This document shows, piece after piece, positions 18,435 to 28,183 of a stretch of DNA of 64,000 nt. The position numbers and the translations under genes are program-made. Origin of the DNA: an uncultured delta proteobacterium (GTDB lineage: Bacteria; Desulfobacterota; Binatia; Binatales; Binataceae); the NCBI GenBank assembly GCA_963724765.1, contig CAVRVY010000002.1, forward strand, positions 497,166-561,165, written 5' to 3'. How positions within the stretch are numbered: position 1 is the stretch's first letter; each line of letters begins with the position of its first letter. Under the pieces are notes generated by a model. It was not told where the DNA came from. It worked only from the letters and a program-made list of their open reading frames with translations, and ran no database searches.

Positions 18435-19700
18435 ATGATGGATCCAGAAAAATTGATAAACTTAGAGCGCAAGACCGTCAGCCCGCGGGTTTTTTCCGAT
18501 CCTGAAGTCCATCAGGCGGAGCAGGAACGGGTCTTCACGCGATGCTGGCTGTACGTCGGACATGATAGCCAGGTGCCGAACCCGGGCGACTTTGTCAGCG
18601 GCTTTATGGGAGAAGAGCCGGTGATTGTATGTCGCGGGCCCGACCGGCAAATACGCGTGTTCCTCAATACGTGCCGGCATCGCGGGATGCTGGTGTGCCG
18701 GGTGGAAGAGGGCAACGCGAAATTTTTTCGATGCCCCTACCACGGATGGACCTACGATCTTGAGGGAAACCTGACCGGCGTTCCGGACTACCGTAAGGCT
18801 TATCACGGCGACCTCAAGCGTGAGGAATGGCCATTGCTGCAGGCGCCCAAGGTCAGTTCCTATCATGGGCTGATCTTTGCCTGCCTAGATGAGCATGCAG
18901 TCAGCCTGGAAGAGTACCTTGGAGATTTCCGGTGGTACCTGGATCTGCAGTTCAACCGTACCGAGAGCGGGATGATGACGCTGCCGGGTACGCACAAATG
19001 GACGCTCAAGGCGAACTGGAAGTTTGCCGCCGAGCAATTTGGCGGCGACAACTACCACGCGATGTGGGCCCATGAGAGCGGCGTCAGAATTTCCCTCGCG
19101 CAGCAGTTTGGCGGCGAGCATCCGTGGACCAACGACTGGGAAGCGAAGACCAAGGAAGGTCATGGCTGGATAAATTTTGCTTTCGCGGATCCGCCGGGAA
19201 TCGCGGAAGTCGTCGGCCCCTACACGGCGTGGCTGCGCGAACAGGCGCGCAATCGCCTGACGCCCACTCAGATCGAGCAAATCGGATGCGTACACGTGGG
19301 AACCGTGTTTCCGAATTTCTCGATACTCTCGTTCCTGGGATTTCTGTCCGTGCGCGTCTGGAATCCGCGCGGGCCGACGCAGCTCGATGCGTGGTCATGG
19401 GGAATGGTCGAACGTGATGCGCCGGCGGAAATAGTAAAGCTCGCGCGCGACATCCAGATACGTACTTTTTCGCCGGCGGGAATCTTCGAGCAGGACGACG
19501 GCGAGATGTGGTCATACTGCACCGAAGCGTCGGGCGGTGCGTACCGCCGCCGATTTCCATTGAACTATCAGATGGGAGCGGGGCATGAGCGGGCCGACGC
19601 CGATCGTCCAGGCCTGATCCATCCACCCCCGACTGAGATCGGCGTGTTCGGTTTTTGGGAACGCTGGCGCCGGCAAATGGCCAACGAAGGAACGCGATAG
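18435..19700 (+). CDS. Rieske aromatic ring-hydroxylating dioxygenase, alpha subunit
   Basis: CRHRG...CPYHGW Rieske motif; NWK, DNYHAMWAH, EQDDGE mononuclear Fe site. Confidence 0.95.
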   Translation: MMDPEKLINLERKTVSPRVFSDPEVHQAEQERVFTRCWLYVGHDSQVPNPGDFVSGFMGEEPVIVCRGPDRQIRVFLNTCRHRGMLVCRVEEGNAKFFRCPYHGWTYDLEGNLTGVPDYRKAYHGDLKREEWPLLQAPKVSSYHGLIFACLDEHAVSLEEYLGDFRWYLDLQFNRTESGMMTLPGTHKWTLKANWKFAAEQFGGDNYHAMWAHESGVRISLAQQFGGEHPWTNDWEAKTKEGHGWINFAFADPPGIAEVVGPYTAWLREQARNRLTPTQIEQIGCVHVGTVFPNFSILSFLGFLSVRVWNPRGPTQLDAWSWGMVERDAPAEIVKLARDIQIRTFSPAGIFEQDDGEMWSYCTEASGGAYRRRFPLNYQMGAGHERADADRPGLIHPPPTEIGVFGFWERWRRQMANEGTR

Positions 19701-19702
19701 TC

Positions 19703-20200
19703 ATGGATCGCGTCGGTTTGCGACAGCAGCTCGAAGAGCTGCTCTATCGAGAGGCCTGGTTGCTGGATCAGGATCGGCTCGAAGAGTGGCTGGATCTGCT
19801 CAGTGAAAACATTCACTACTGGGCGCCCGTGCGGGCCGACATGAATCGAGGCAAAGAGGACTTCAGTCCGCCGCTCAGATTGGCATTCTTCGATGACAAC
19901 AAGGACGGGCTCAGACTGCGCGTCGCCCGGATTCGCACCGGCGCTGCGCATGCCGACGAGCCGCCCTCACGCGTGCGTCACCTGATAACTAACGTTCAGG
20001 TAGTGGAAACGCCGGACGCGGAAACGGCGAAAGTCGCCTCAAATTTCCTGGTATTCAAAAGCCGCCGCAACCGCGAAGAGAACCTGTTCGTCGGATGCCG
20101 GGAGGATACCTGGCGGCTCCACGGTGGCGCATGGAAGCTCGATGAACGAATGATCCTGCTCGATCACAACGTGATCGAGAACATCACGGTGCTCTTCTGA
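19703..20200 (+). CDS. Ring-hydroxylating dioxygenase, beta subunit
   Basis: LYREAWLLDQ...EWLDL, PPSRVRHLITNV, GCREDTW. Confidence 0.92.
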   Translation: MDRVGLRQQLEELLYREAWLLDQDRLEEWLDLLSENIHYWAPVRADMNRGKEDFSPPLRLAFFDDNKDGLRLRVARIRTGAAHADEPPSRVRHLITNVQVVETPDAETAKVASNFLVFKSRRNREENLFVGCREDTWRLHGGAWKLDERMILLDHNVIENITVLF

Positions 20201-20229
20201 GCGGTCTGCCCCCACTGGATATTGAAACG

Positions 20230-21027
20230 ATGGACCCGAGCGCAGCACAACTATTCGACCTGGGTTCTAAGGTTGCCCTGGTTACGGGTGGCGCCAAGGG
20301 AATCGGACGCGGCATCGCCGAGGTACTGGCGGCGGCGGGCGCCGCAGTCGCAGTCGCGGACATCGACATTGAGGGCGCGAACTCCGTGGCGCAGGCGCTG
20401 CAGAACCGGGGCCTCGGCGCGATCGCAATCCAGACCGACGTGGCCCAGGAGGAATCGGTAAAGGCCCTGGTGCAAGGGGTGTATGATCACTTCAAGCGCC
20501 TGGACATCCTGGTTAACAACGCCGGCATTTTCCCGATGAAGCGGTTGCGCGAACTCGACGCGGCGACCTGGGACCGCACGAACGGAGTCAATCTTCGCGG
20601 GGCCTATCTCTGCACGCGGCACGCCGCCGAACGAATCATCGCGGGAAACGCGGGCGGGCGGATCATCAACATCTCAACTATCAATACTGCGCGCACGTAT
20701 CTGGGTATGGCGCACTATGACGCCAGCAAATACGGACTCAACGCGTTGACTAAAGCGAGCGCTCTCGAGTACGCGCCGTTTGGAATCACCGTCAATGCGA
20801 TCGCGCCGGGCGCGGTGAAAACTCCCGGCTCGCTCAAGGTGCGGAGCGAACTGGGAGGCGGATCCGTCGAGGCCGCGGATGCGGAGTTCGCAAAGCGCAT
20901 CCCTCTAGGGCGCTGGGCCGAACCCGAAGATATCGGTCGAGCCGTGTTGTGCTTGGCCGGGCGAGCGGCAGATTATATTACCGGGCAGATTATCTATGCG
21001 GACGGAGGCTTGATGCTCGGGTTTTGA
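20230..21027 (+). CDS. SDR dehydrogenase (probable cis-dihydrodiol dehydrogenase)
   Basis: TGGAKGIG, NNAG, YDASK; operon position. Confidence 0.88.
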   Translation: MDPSAAQLFDLGSKVALVTGGAKGIGRGIAEVLAAAGAAVAVADIDIEGANSVAQALQNRGLGAIAIQTDVAQEESVKALVQGVYDHFKRLDILVNNAGIFPMKRLRELDAATWDRTNGVNLRGAYLCTRHAAERIIAGNAGGRIINISTINTARTYLGMAHYDASKYGLNALTKASALEYAPFGITVNAIAPGAVKTPGSLKVRSELGGGSVEAADAEFAKRIPLGRWAEPEDIGRAVLCLAGRAADYITGQIIYADGGLMLGF

Positions 21028-21063
21028 GCAAACCCGAGCTTTGCACGACAGCGGAAGGTCATC

Positions 21064-21954
21064 ATGACAAGTGTTTCACAACTCGGGTACCTGGGACTTA
21101 AGGTCTCGAATCTCGATGCATGGGAAAACTTCGCCACGCAAATTCTGGGAATCGAGAGCGTGGGTCGGAACGAGAACAGCGGCTTGATGTTCCGGATCGA
21201 TGAATATCAGTACCGCTTCGTGCTCGAGCAAGGCGCCAAGGACGACCTCGACCTGATCGGATGGCAAGTCGACGACGAGCACGCACTGAGTGCCGTGGCG
21301 GATCAGCTAACGGCGGCCGGAGTCGAGGTGCAGCGCGGTTCGGCAGCGGAGGCGGAAACGCGCCGGGTCGTGGAGCTAATCAAGTTCAAGGATCCGAGCG
21401 GGATTTCGTCCGAAGCCTTCTACGGTGCGCTGACCCGGATCGATATACCATTCAGGCCGGCGCGGCCGATCGCCGGCTTTGTCGCCTCCGGGATGGGCCT
21501 TGGGCACATCACGATGGGTGTCGACGATATGCAGCAGAGTCTCGCGTTCTATCGCGACGTTCTGGGCATGCGGCTGAGCGATTGGGTGCAGCCGCAGCCC
21601 GAGCGCGACGTCAGATCGCGCTTCAACATCGCCTTCCTGCACTGTAACCCGCGCCATCACTCGCTCGCGTTCTGGCAGGCGCGGATGCCCAAGCGGCTCC
21701 ATCATTTCATGCTCCAGCTCGAGTCGCTGGATGACGTGGGTACGACCTACGATCTCTGCCAGCAGCGAGGAGTGCCGCTCGAACTCACGCTCGGCCGCCA
21801 TACCAACGACCGGATGTTGTCCTTCTACGTGCGGACTCCCTCGGGCTTCAGCGTCGAGTATGGATGGGGCGCGCGAACGGTCGACGATCGCGACTGGCAG
21901 GTGCAACTGCATCGTACCGGCAGCATCTGGGGACATCATAAAGCGGGCGCCTGA
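21064..21954 (+). CDS. Type I extradiol ring-cleavage dioxygenase (BphC/NahC/HsaC family)
   Basis: QLGYLG, GLGH, HCNPRHHS, LHHFML, GRHTND, EYGW. Confidence 0.93.
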   Translation: MTSVSQLGYLGLKVSNLDAWENFATQILGIESVGRNENSGLMFRIDEYQYRFVLEQGAKDDLDLIGWQVDDEHALSAVADQLTAAGVEVQRGSAAEAETRRVVELIKFKDPSGISSEAFYGALTRIDIPFRPARPIAGFVASGMGLGHITMGVDDMQQSLAFYRDVLGMRLSDWVQPQPERDVRSRFNIAFLHCNPRHHSLAFWQARMPKRLHHFMLQLESLDDVGTTYDLCQQRGVPLELTLGRHTNDRMLSFYVRTPSGFSVEYGWGARTVDDRDWQVQLHRTGSIWGHHKAGA

Positions 21955-21972
21955 GCCGACGGAGAAAAGTAC

Positions 21973-22989
21973 GTGGCAAACTATAGGAAGAAAGAGGCGC
22001 GCGATTGGGCGTGGGCCAACATGCGCGGAGTGGCTAACGTGGTGAATCCCACGTTTACCGAGGATCTGTCCGGGCTCAACGAAAAGGCTATTCGCTACGA
22101 TGTTCGCAAGGAGATCGAATACGGGTTCTGGGGTGCGTTGCTGATTGCTGAAACTGCGACCACTCCTGAAGAATATGTACGCTTTACGCAGTGGGCGGCG
22201 GACGAGGCGCGCGGCAAGCTGCATCTGATATTTCACGCATCCTTCAACACCTTGGCGCAGAACGTTTCGGTCGCGCGCGCTGCGCACGAGGCCGGCGCGG
22301 ACCTGGTGCTTCTTGCTTATCCGGCCAACTTTTACGCGCGCAGCAACCAGGACATTTATGACTACACCAAAGCTTTCTGCGACCAGGTCGACATGGGAGT
22401 GATCCTCTTCCCGGTGCCGCTGTGGGGCTTCGAGCGAATTCATCCTGCCGGAATGGAAATTGACCTGATCCGCAGATTGGTCGACGACGTGCCCAATATC
22501 GTTGCAATCAAGGCGGAAGGCGGGATGCCGACGATCGGCGGATTCGTCGAAGTGTACAAGACGGTCGGCAAACGGGTAATTGTGACTTCGCCGTTGGAAT
22601 GGGACGGCATCCCACTGGCGTCGCTGGTACCGATCCAGTTCATGGGCACCAGTAACTACGAATTCTATGGTCCCACCATACCCAAAATGTTCGCCCTGAT
22701 GCAGGAGGGCGAGTTCACCGAGGCGATGAAGCTATTCTGGAAAATCCATCCGGCACGTCTGGCGAATCTCCAGGCTATGTCGCTGCTGGCGGGCTCCAAC
22801 TTTCTCCATCGGATGCTCTGGAAATATCAGGGCTGGCTGCAGGGCTTCAATGGCGGACCGCTGCGGCAGCCCACGATGCGCCTTGTGGACCGCCAGTTGC
22901 GACCGTTGCGCAACGCGCTCGAGCAATGCGGCCTCAATCCATGGCCCGAGCCGGACGGCGATTTCTTTGTAGGCCGCAACCCGGCCTGA
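21973..22989 (+). CDS. DHDPS-family hydratase-aldolase (NahE/PhdG-like)
   Basis: DHDPS-like layout; Schiff-base Lys in NIVAIKAE; follows the extradiol dioxygenase. Confidence 0.8.
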   Translation: MANYRKKEARDWAWANMRGVANVVNPTFTEDLSGLNEKAIRYDVRKEIEYGFWGALLIAETATTPEEYVRFTQWAADEARGKLHLIFHASFNTLAQNVSVARAAHEAGADLVLLAYPANFYARSNQDIYDYTKAFCDQVDMGVILFPVPLWGFERIHPAGMEIDLIRRLVDDVPNIVAIKAEGGMPTIGGFVEVYKTVGKRVIVTSPLEWDGIPLASLVPIQFMGTSNYEFYGPTIPKMFALMQEGEFTEAMKLFWKIHPARLANLQAMSLLAGSNFLHRMLWKYQGWLQGFNGGPLRQPTMRLVDRQLRPLRNALEQCGLNPWPEPDGDFFVGRNPA

Positions 22990-23001
22990 AGCCGTCCCCC
23001 G

Positions 23002-23991
23002 ATGCTCCTTTTGAACGCGAGCGAGGTCGAACGCCTGGCCGACATGACGAGGCTTGTGGCGGCCGTGGAAGCCGGGGTGCGCGAGCAGGCTACTGGACAG
23101 GTGGTGCTGCCACCGCGTCTCAACCTTCCGAACGGGCGCGGCTTCTTCCGGATTATGCCCACCGTTATGAACGGCAGCGGCATCATGGGATTCAAGGCCT
23201 TTCATGGATCGGTGCAGGACGGCGTCCGTTATTTTATCGCTATCTACGAGCAGGCCAGCGGAGTTCTGTTGGCAATGATGGACGCCCACTATCTGACGGC
23301 CGCTCGGACGGGCGCCACGACTGGTGTCGCAACCAGATTCATGGCCTGCCGCAGCGCGCGCCGGGTTGCAGTGATTGGTTCGGGGCTCGAGGCCCGAACG
23401 AATCTCCTCGGTGTCTGCGCGGTGCGCGACGTCGAGCGCGTCACCGTTTTTAGTCCAAATCGTGAGCGCCGAGCAGCCTTCGCCGAGCGCATGAGCCGGG
23501 AGCTAAAAATCGAGGTCAGAGCCTGCGACACCCCCGAAAGCTGCGTGGAGGGAGCCGACATCGTGGTGGTCGCCACCAATACCACGGGCAAGGGCGATGG
23601 GATCGCTTATCGCGGCGCGTGGGCTCGCGCTGGGGTGCACATCAACGCAATTGGTTCGACGATGCCCAAGTTGCGCGAAATTGATCCGGAGAGCTTTGCC
23701 CGCGCAGAACGAGTAGTAATCGACTGCCAGACAAGACAAATCGAAGAAGAATCGGGTGACGTCATCGACGCGCTCGCCCACGACACCTACGACCGCAGCA
23801 AAGTTATCGAACTGCAGGAAGTCGTCGCCGGGCGCGCACCTGGCCGCGAGGCGGACGAGCAAATCACGCTGTTCAAGTCCGTCGGCACGGCGGTTCAGGA
23901 CGTAGCTAGCGGGTACGCCGTTTATCAGGAGGCGCGCCGTCTCGGCGTCGGCTCCGACGTGCCTGATTTTCTCGAATTGAAGATTTTTTAG
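23002..23991 (+). CDS. Ornithine cyclodeaminase/mu-crystallin family oxidoreductase
   Basis: LTAARTGA, VIGSGLEA, HINAIGS, ITLFKSVG. Confidence 0.9.
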   Translation: MLLLNASEVERLADMTRLVAAVEAGVREQATGQVVLPPRLNLPNGRGFFRIMPTVMNGSGIMGFKAFHGSVQDGVRYFIAIYEQASGVLLAMMDAHYLTAARTGATTGVATRFMACRSARRVAVIGSGLEARTNLLGVCAVRDVERVTVFSPNRERRAAFAERMSRELKIEVRACDTPESCVEGADIVVVATNTTGKGDGIAYRGAWARAGVHINAIGSTMPKLREIDPESFARAERVVIDCQTRQIEEESGDVIDALAHDTYDRSKVIELQEVVAGRAPGREADEQITLFKSVGTAVQDVASGYAVYQEARRLGVGSDVPDFLELKIF

Positions 23992-24204
23992 CGGTGGAAT
24001 CATTTTCCATCGCCCGATCGCCCGGTAGCGGGGTCGAGTTATGGGTGTGAGAACCGGCAAGCAGTACGTCGAAGGACTTCGGGCGATGCCACTAAATTAC
24101 GGCGGCTCGACGGTTGCCAGTATGATGACGGCGAATCGCTTCTTGATACGGGCAAACGTCGGCAAGCGGAGGCGGATCGACGATTTCGACCGGCGTTCGA
24201 GACA

Positions 24205-24710
24205 ATGAAACGAGTCGGCACGAGCAACCCCACGCGCAAGTCGATCACCGAACTAGCCCAGTTTCGCAGCGCGGCGGTTGTCAAGACTTTGCGTCGATCT
24301 CTCGGCCTTGAAAGGACTCACCGGACTTAGCCCGAAGCAGTTCGATGGACTGGTAGGGCAGCTCAGGGTCCGTAGTTTTTCGCAAGCGCGCGATCATTTA
24401 CAGCGCAAAGCAAGAAAGTGACACGATCCATATCATACTCTCGGGCATCGCCCGGCTCACCTCCGTCAATCGCAAGAACGAACGTGTTCTGCTCGAGGTG
24501 CTCGGCCCTGGCGACGTGGTATGCATGCCTCCACTGCTGCCCGACGTGCGCCACAGTCTGGAATGCGAAGCTTTCACCGATTGCGAAATCGGCGTGCTCA
24601 GCGCAGACGCTATGGTCGAAACCGTCGGTCTTGAGTACGACAAATTCCTCCTCGCGCTGAAGCTCACGATGGGCCGCTGGTGGGCGCTGCTGTCAAACCA
24701 TTCTGACGCG
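24205..24710 (+). pseudogene. Crp/Fnr cNMP-binding domain remnant
   Basis: IILSGIARL...VLLEVLGPGDVV...CEAFTDCEIG; frameshifted, no HTH. Confidence 0.55.
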
Positions 24711-25211
24711 GAGGGAAACAACCAAGCTGAAGACCATCGAGCTGCGACGCCGGCTGCATCACCAGGCTGCAGCCTGAACTTCGACTCTGATGGGCCTGAT
24801 CCTCTCTTAAATCCATTGCTAACTTGTCCAAAAGGTTCTGACGACATACAGCTTGACGGACCCCACGGGTATCTAGCGCAGCGAACGCCACCACCTAAAG
24901 CGGCGCGAAGCGGAGACCGCATGGGCGGAGGGGTAAGGGGACGGGCCGCGACGCGGAGTTTACGGAGCGCTCGTGGGGCGGCTCACAGCGCAGCGCCGCG
25001 CGGCATGTTGCCGTGGACCGGAGGGGTATGATCACGGTGGGACGGAAGGGCTTCTGGTAGCCGATGAATAAGCGGCAGATGGTCTTCTGGCGCTTGGGGA
25101 TTGGTGTGAGGCCGGGTTTGGAGAAGCGCGATCAGGTCGTAGTGCTCTTCAGGGCGAATGGCGAAGCGCGCGACGGGCGTGGAAGCACAGCGACGAGATT
25201 CGCTTAAGTCG

Positions 25212-25976
25212 ATGAAACTGCAGATTCTGTCAGATCTTCATTTGGAAATGGTCACGCCGCCGTATTCATGGCGCATTCCGGAGAGCGTTGCGGAGGTCGT
25301 GGTTCTCGCCGGCGATATCGGCGTAGGGGTCATCGGGGGTGAAGTGGGCGGTACGAGAGGCTGAGCGTCTCCGGAAGCGTGCTGTTTATGTGCCGGGCGA
25401 ACCACGAGTATTACGGAGAGCGGCTGAACGTGCTGGAGAAGATGAGGGCGGTGGCGCGCGGCTCCCGGGTTTCTGTTCTGGATTTGGACGAAGTGATGCT
25501 GGAGGGAGTGCGGTTTCTGGGCGCCACGCTATGGACCGACTATCTGGCTTTTGGGCGCGAGCATCGTCGGGACGCGATGGATAAGGCGGCCCGGTTCCTG
25601 AACGATCATCGATTGATCAATCGTCCGGACGGCTTTACGCCGGGGGATGCGCTTGAGCGTCACGAACGCGGACGAGCGTGGCTGGAGGCAAAGCTCGCCA
25701 CCAACTGGGATGGTCCGACCGTCGTGGTTACTCACCACGCTCCGTCTCTCCTGGGCACGGACGGGAGATTCCGGAACGATTATCTGACCGGCGGCTTTCG
25801 TTTCCGACCTGAAGGAGATCATCGGGAAATATTCGCCGACCACCTGGATACATGGCCACACGCATCACTGCGTTCAGTACATCGTCGGGAAGACTCGGCT
25901 GGTCGCAAATCAGATGGGCTATCCGCACGAGCCCGCGACGGGACAATTCGATCCGGGTTTGGTGGTCGATATCTAG
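25212..25976 (+). CDS. Calcineurin-like metallophosphoesterase (frameshifted)
   Basis: SDLHLE, LAGDI, xNHE, GATLWTD, THHAP, WIHGHTH spread across frames. Confidence 0.8.
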
Positions 25977-25996
25977 TTGCCGGGACCGGTGTAGCC

Positions 25997-26277
25997 GCCG
26001 GTGCAAGACTGACCCAGGGTCACCGTGAGCGGTTCATCGAATCGATCATCTCGACCTGCTACGTCGCGATGATGAGTTGTGGGCCGTCGTTCTTGGCGCT
26101 GTTCGCGCGCGGCGATGCCGGCTGTACAAGCAGGACCTCGTCGGGCGCGGGAATCAGCAGCTGTTTGGGCGAAAGCGAATCGGCTTTGGTGGGATTTATC
26201 CAATCATCGGGGGCGGGGTCGTCGAGAACGACGGGCATGCGGTTATGAATGGGCCGCATCAGCGCGTTGGGCTCGCA
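25997..26277 (-). pseudogene. Diverged second copy of the SRAP 3' end
   Basis: MRPIHNRMPVVLDD...PKQLLIPAPD...NSAKNDGP parallels the C-terminus of the gene at 27119-27829. Confidence 0.85.
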
Positions 26278-26293
26278 CGTAGTGACCTAGCGC

Positions 26294-26602
26294 TCATGCC
26301 GCGGCGGTCAGCGGTCGCGCACGTTCGATCCGCTTGCGTTCGCGGGGCGAATGCATCGCTTCCCACAGATCGCTGCGCCGCTGCACGTTCAGCCAGAAAT
26401 CCGGGCTGTTGCCGAACACGCGGGCGAGAATGAGGGCTGTCGCCGCCGTCACATTGCGACGATTGTTGCATAGTTCATTGACATGCTTGCGTTGCACGCC
26501 CATCGCTTCAGCCAGCGCGCCTTGCGTCAGGCCCATCGGCTCCATGAACTCTTCAATCAGAATTTCGCCAACGCTCGCTGGCTTGCGCTTCGTCGTCAGC
26601 AT
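26294..26602 (-). CDS. higA: HigA antitoxin
   Basis: GEILIEEFMEPMGLTQGALAEAMGV...FWLNVQ. Confidence 0.9.
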   Translation of the reverse strand: MLTTKRKPASVGEILIEEFMEPMGLTQGALAEAMGVQRKHVNELCNNRRNVTAATALILARVFGNSPDFWLNVQRRSDLWEAMHSPRERKRIERARPLTAAA

Positions 26603-26610
26603 GGCTCACC

Positions 26611-26907
26611 TCACAGATAACTATGGTCGTCCAGATAGACGCCTGTCGCTTCACCTCGGCCGCCATCCCACTGGAAGATGAGCCGCCATTGTTTGTTGAC
26701 GCGGATCGAATGGAAACCTTCCAAATTGCCGTGCAGCTTTTCAAAATGGTTGCTGGGCGGCACTCGTAAATCCTGAACCGTCGTCGCATCGTCGATCATC
26801 TGGATTTTGCGGAACAAACGGCTTTCCAGATCGGATGGGATTTTCTTTGATCGAACGTCCTCGACAAAGAATTCGCGCAGCCAGTCATCCCGAAAGCTCA
26901 CGATCAT
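26611..26907 (-). CDS. higB: HigB (RelE-like) toxin
   Basis: MIVSF, DLRVPPSNHFEKL, SIRVNKQWRLIF, DDH; toxin-first order. Confidence 0.9.
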   Translation of the reverse strand: MIVSFRDDWLREFFVEDVRSKKIPSDLESRLFRKIQMIDDATTVQDLRVPPSNHFEKLHGNLEGFHSIRVNKQWRLIFQWDGGRGEATGVYLDDHSYL

Positions 26908-27118
26908 TCCGTGACTCCATTATGAACCAATGTACCACTCTATGGGATCACCCGCAAGCTCGATGCCCGATCTGCCGGAAGCACTGCACAACCGTTCACG
27001 TCGGCCGCCCATCTATCGGACGGGGCATCAACGCTCTCGATCAGCCTGACCTGCTTGAGCAGCCCCTGCCGGGCTGGCGACAGCCGCTTGTAACCGCCGT
27101 CGCAAAACTGACCCAGGG

Positions 27119-27829
27119 TCACCGTGAGCGGTTCAACGAACCCATCATTTCCACCTGCTCAGTCGCGACGAGCAGTTCTGGACCTTCGTTCTTAACGCTG
27201 TTGGCGAGGGGAGATGCGGGTTGCGCGAGCAGGAGATCGTCAGGCGCGGGAATCAGCAGCCGTTTGGGCGAAAGCGGGTCGGATTCGGTAGAATTCATCC
27301 AATCATCAGCGGCACGGCCGTCGAGAATGACGGGCATTCGGTTATGAATGGGCCGCATCAGCGCATTTGGCTCGCAGGTGATGATTGTGAAGGTCGTCTC
27401 GGGCCGCTCCTTTTCGGGAAACCAGTCTTCATATAAGCCGGCGAAAAGGATCAGCTTGCCATCGGCGCGATGAATCCACATGGGCCGCCGCGCACTTTTC
27501 GGGCCGGTCCATTCGTAAAATCCGTCCGCCGGCACGACGCATCGCCGCTTCTTGAAGGCGTCGCGGAACGACGGGCGCTCCTCGACGGTCTCGCCCTTGG
27601 CGTTGATGCATTGGGTGGCACGCGAGGTGTCCTTCGCCCAGCGATTAACTAGGCTCCAGCGCGCGGGGACGATCTTTCGGGTTTCGTACTCAGTTATGAG
27701 GATGAAGAGGCGCTGCATCGGCGCAGCGTTGTAGCGGGGCGTATAATCGGGCAACTGCTCGGGTGGAACACCCAACTCGGCAGCAAGCGAGTTGCGATCG
27801 CCGCGCGTCAGCGTGTATCGACCACACAT
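27119..27829 (-). CDS. SOS response-associated peptidase (SRAP/YedK/HMCES)
   Basis: N-terminal MCGRY, RCVVPADGFYEW, IHNRMPVIL. Confidence 0.93.
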   Translation of the reverse strand: MCGRYTLTRGDRNSLAAELGVPPEQLPDYTPRYNAAPMQRLFILITEYETRKIVPARWSLVNRWAKDTSRATQCINAKGETVEERPSFRDAFKKRRCVVPADGFYEWTGPKSARRPMWIHRADGKLILFAGLYEDWFPEKERPETTFTIITCEPNALMRPIHNRMPVILDGRAADDWMNSTESDPLSPKRLLIPAPDDLLLAQPASPLANSVKNEGPELLVATEQVEMMGSLNRSR

Positions 27830-27830
27830 G

Positions 27831-28021
27831 GCGGGGAATTTTAACTCAGCCGGCGATTGCCGTACAGCAAGCGACGCAATTTGCTCGTGCTGGCCTGCTC
27901 CCCAATTTCCCCGCAGTCATAGGTAGAGTCGGTTGAAGTAATGCCCCTGGCGGGGCGATGGAACAAGGGGCAGTCCGCGGAGCCCCCCGAGGCCGGGAAG
28001 AGCCTCGACGAACCCTCTACC
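27831..28021. other. Structured non-coding element (hairpin plus multi-stem junction)
   Basis: gcggggaa/ttccccgc; ggtagag/ctctacc with ggtt/aacc; tgcccct/aggggca; cgaggc/gcctcg. Confidence 0.45.
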
Positions 28022-28183
28022 GACCCTCGGTCATAATGGGCCGACGGACGTTTTGATGTTGTCCGGAACTTGGTCGTTTTCAGGACATTCAGCAGATAGT
28101 ATATCGTCGTATAGATTGGAAACCTTTAGTGGAGCGCCACCGCCGGGCCCAGATTTTATGCGCTGCCGGCTCTGTTCTATGAT

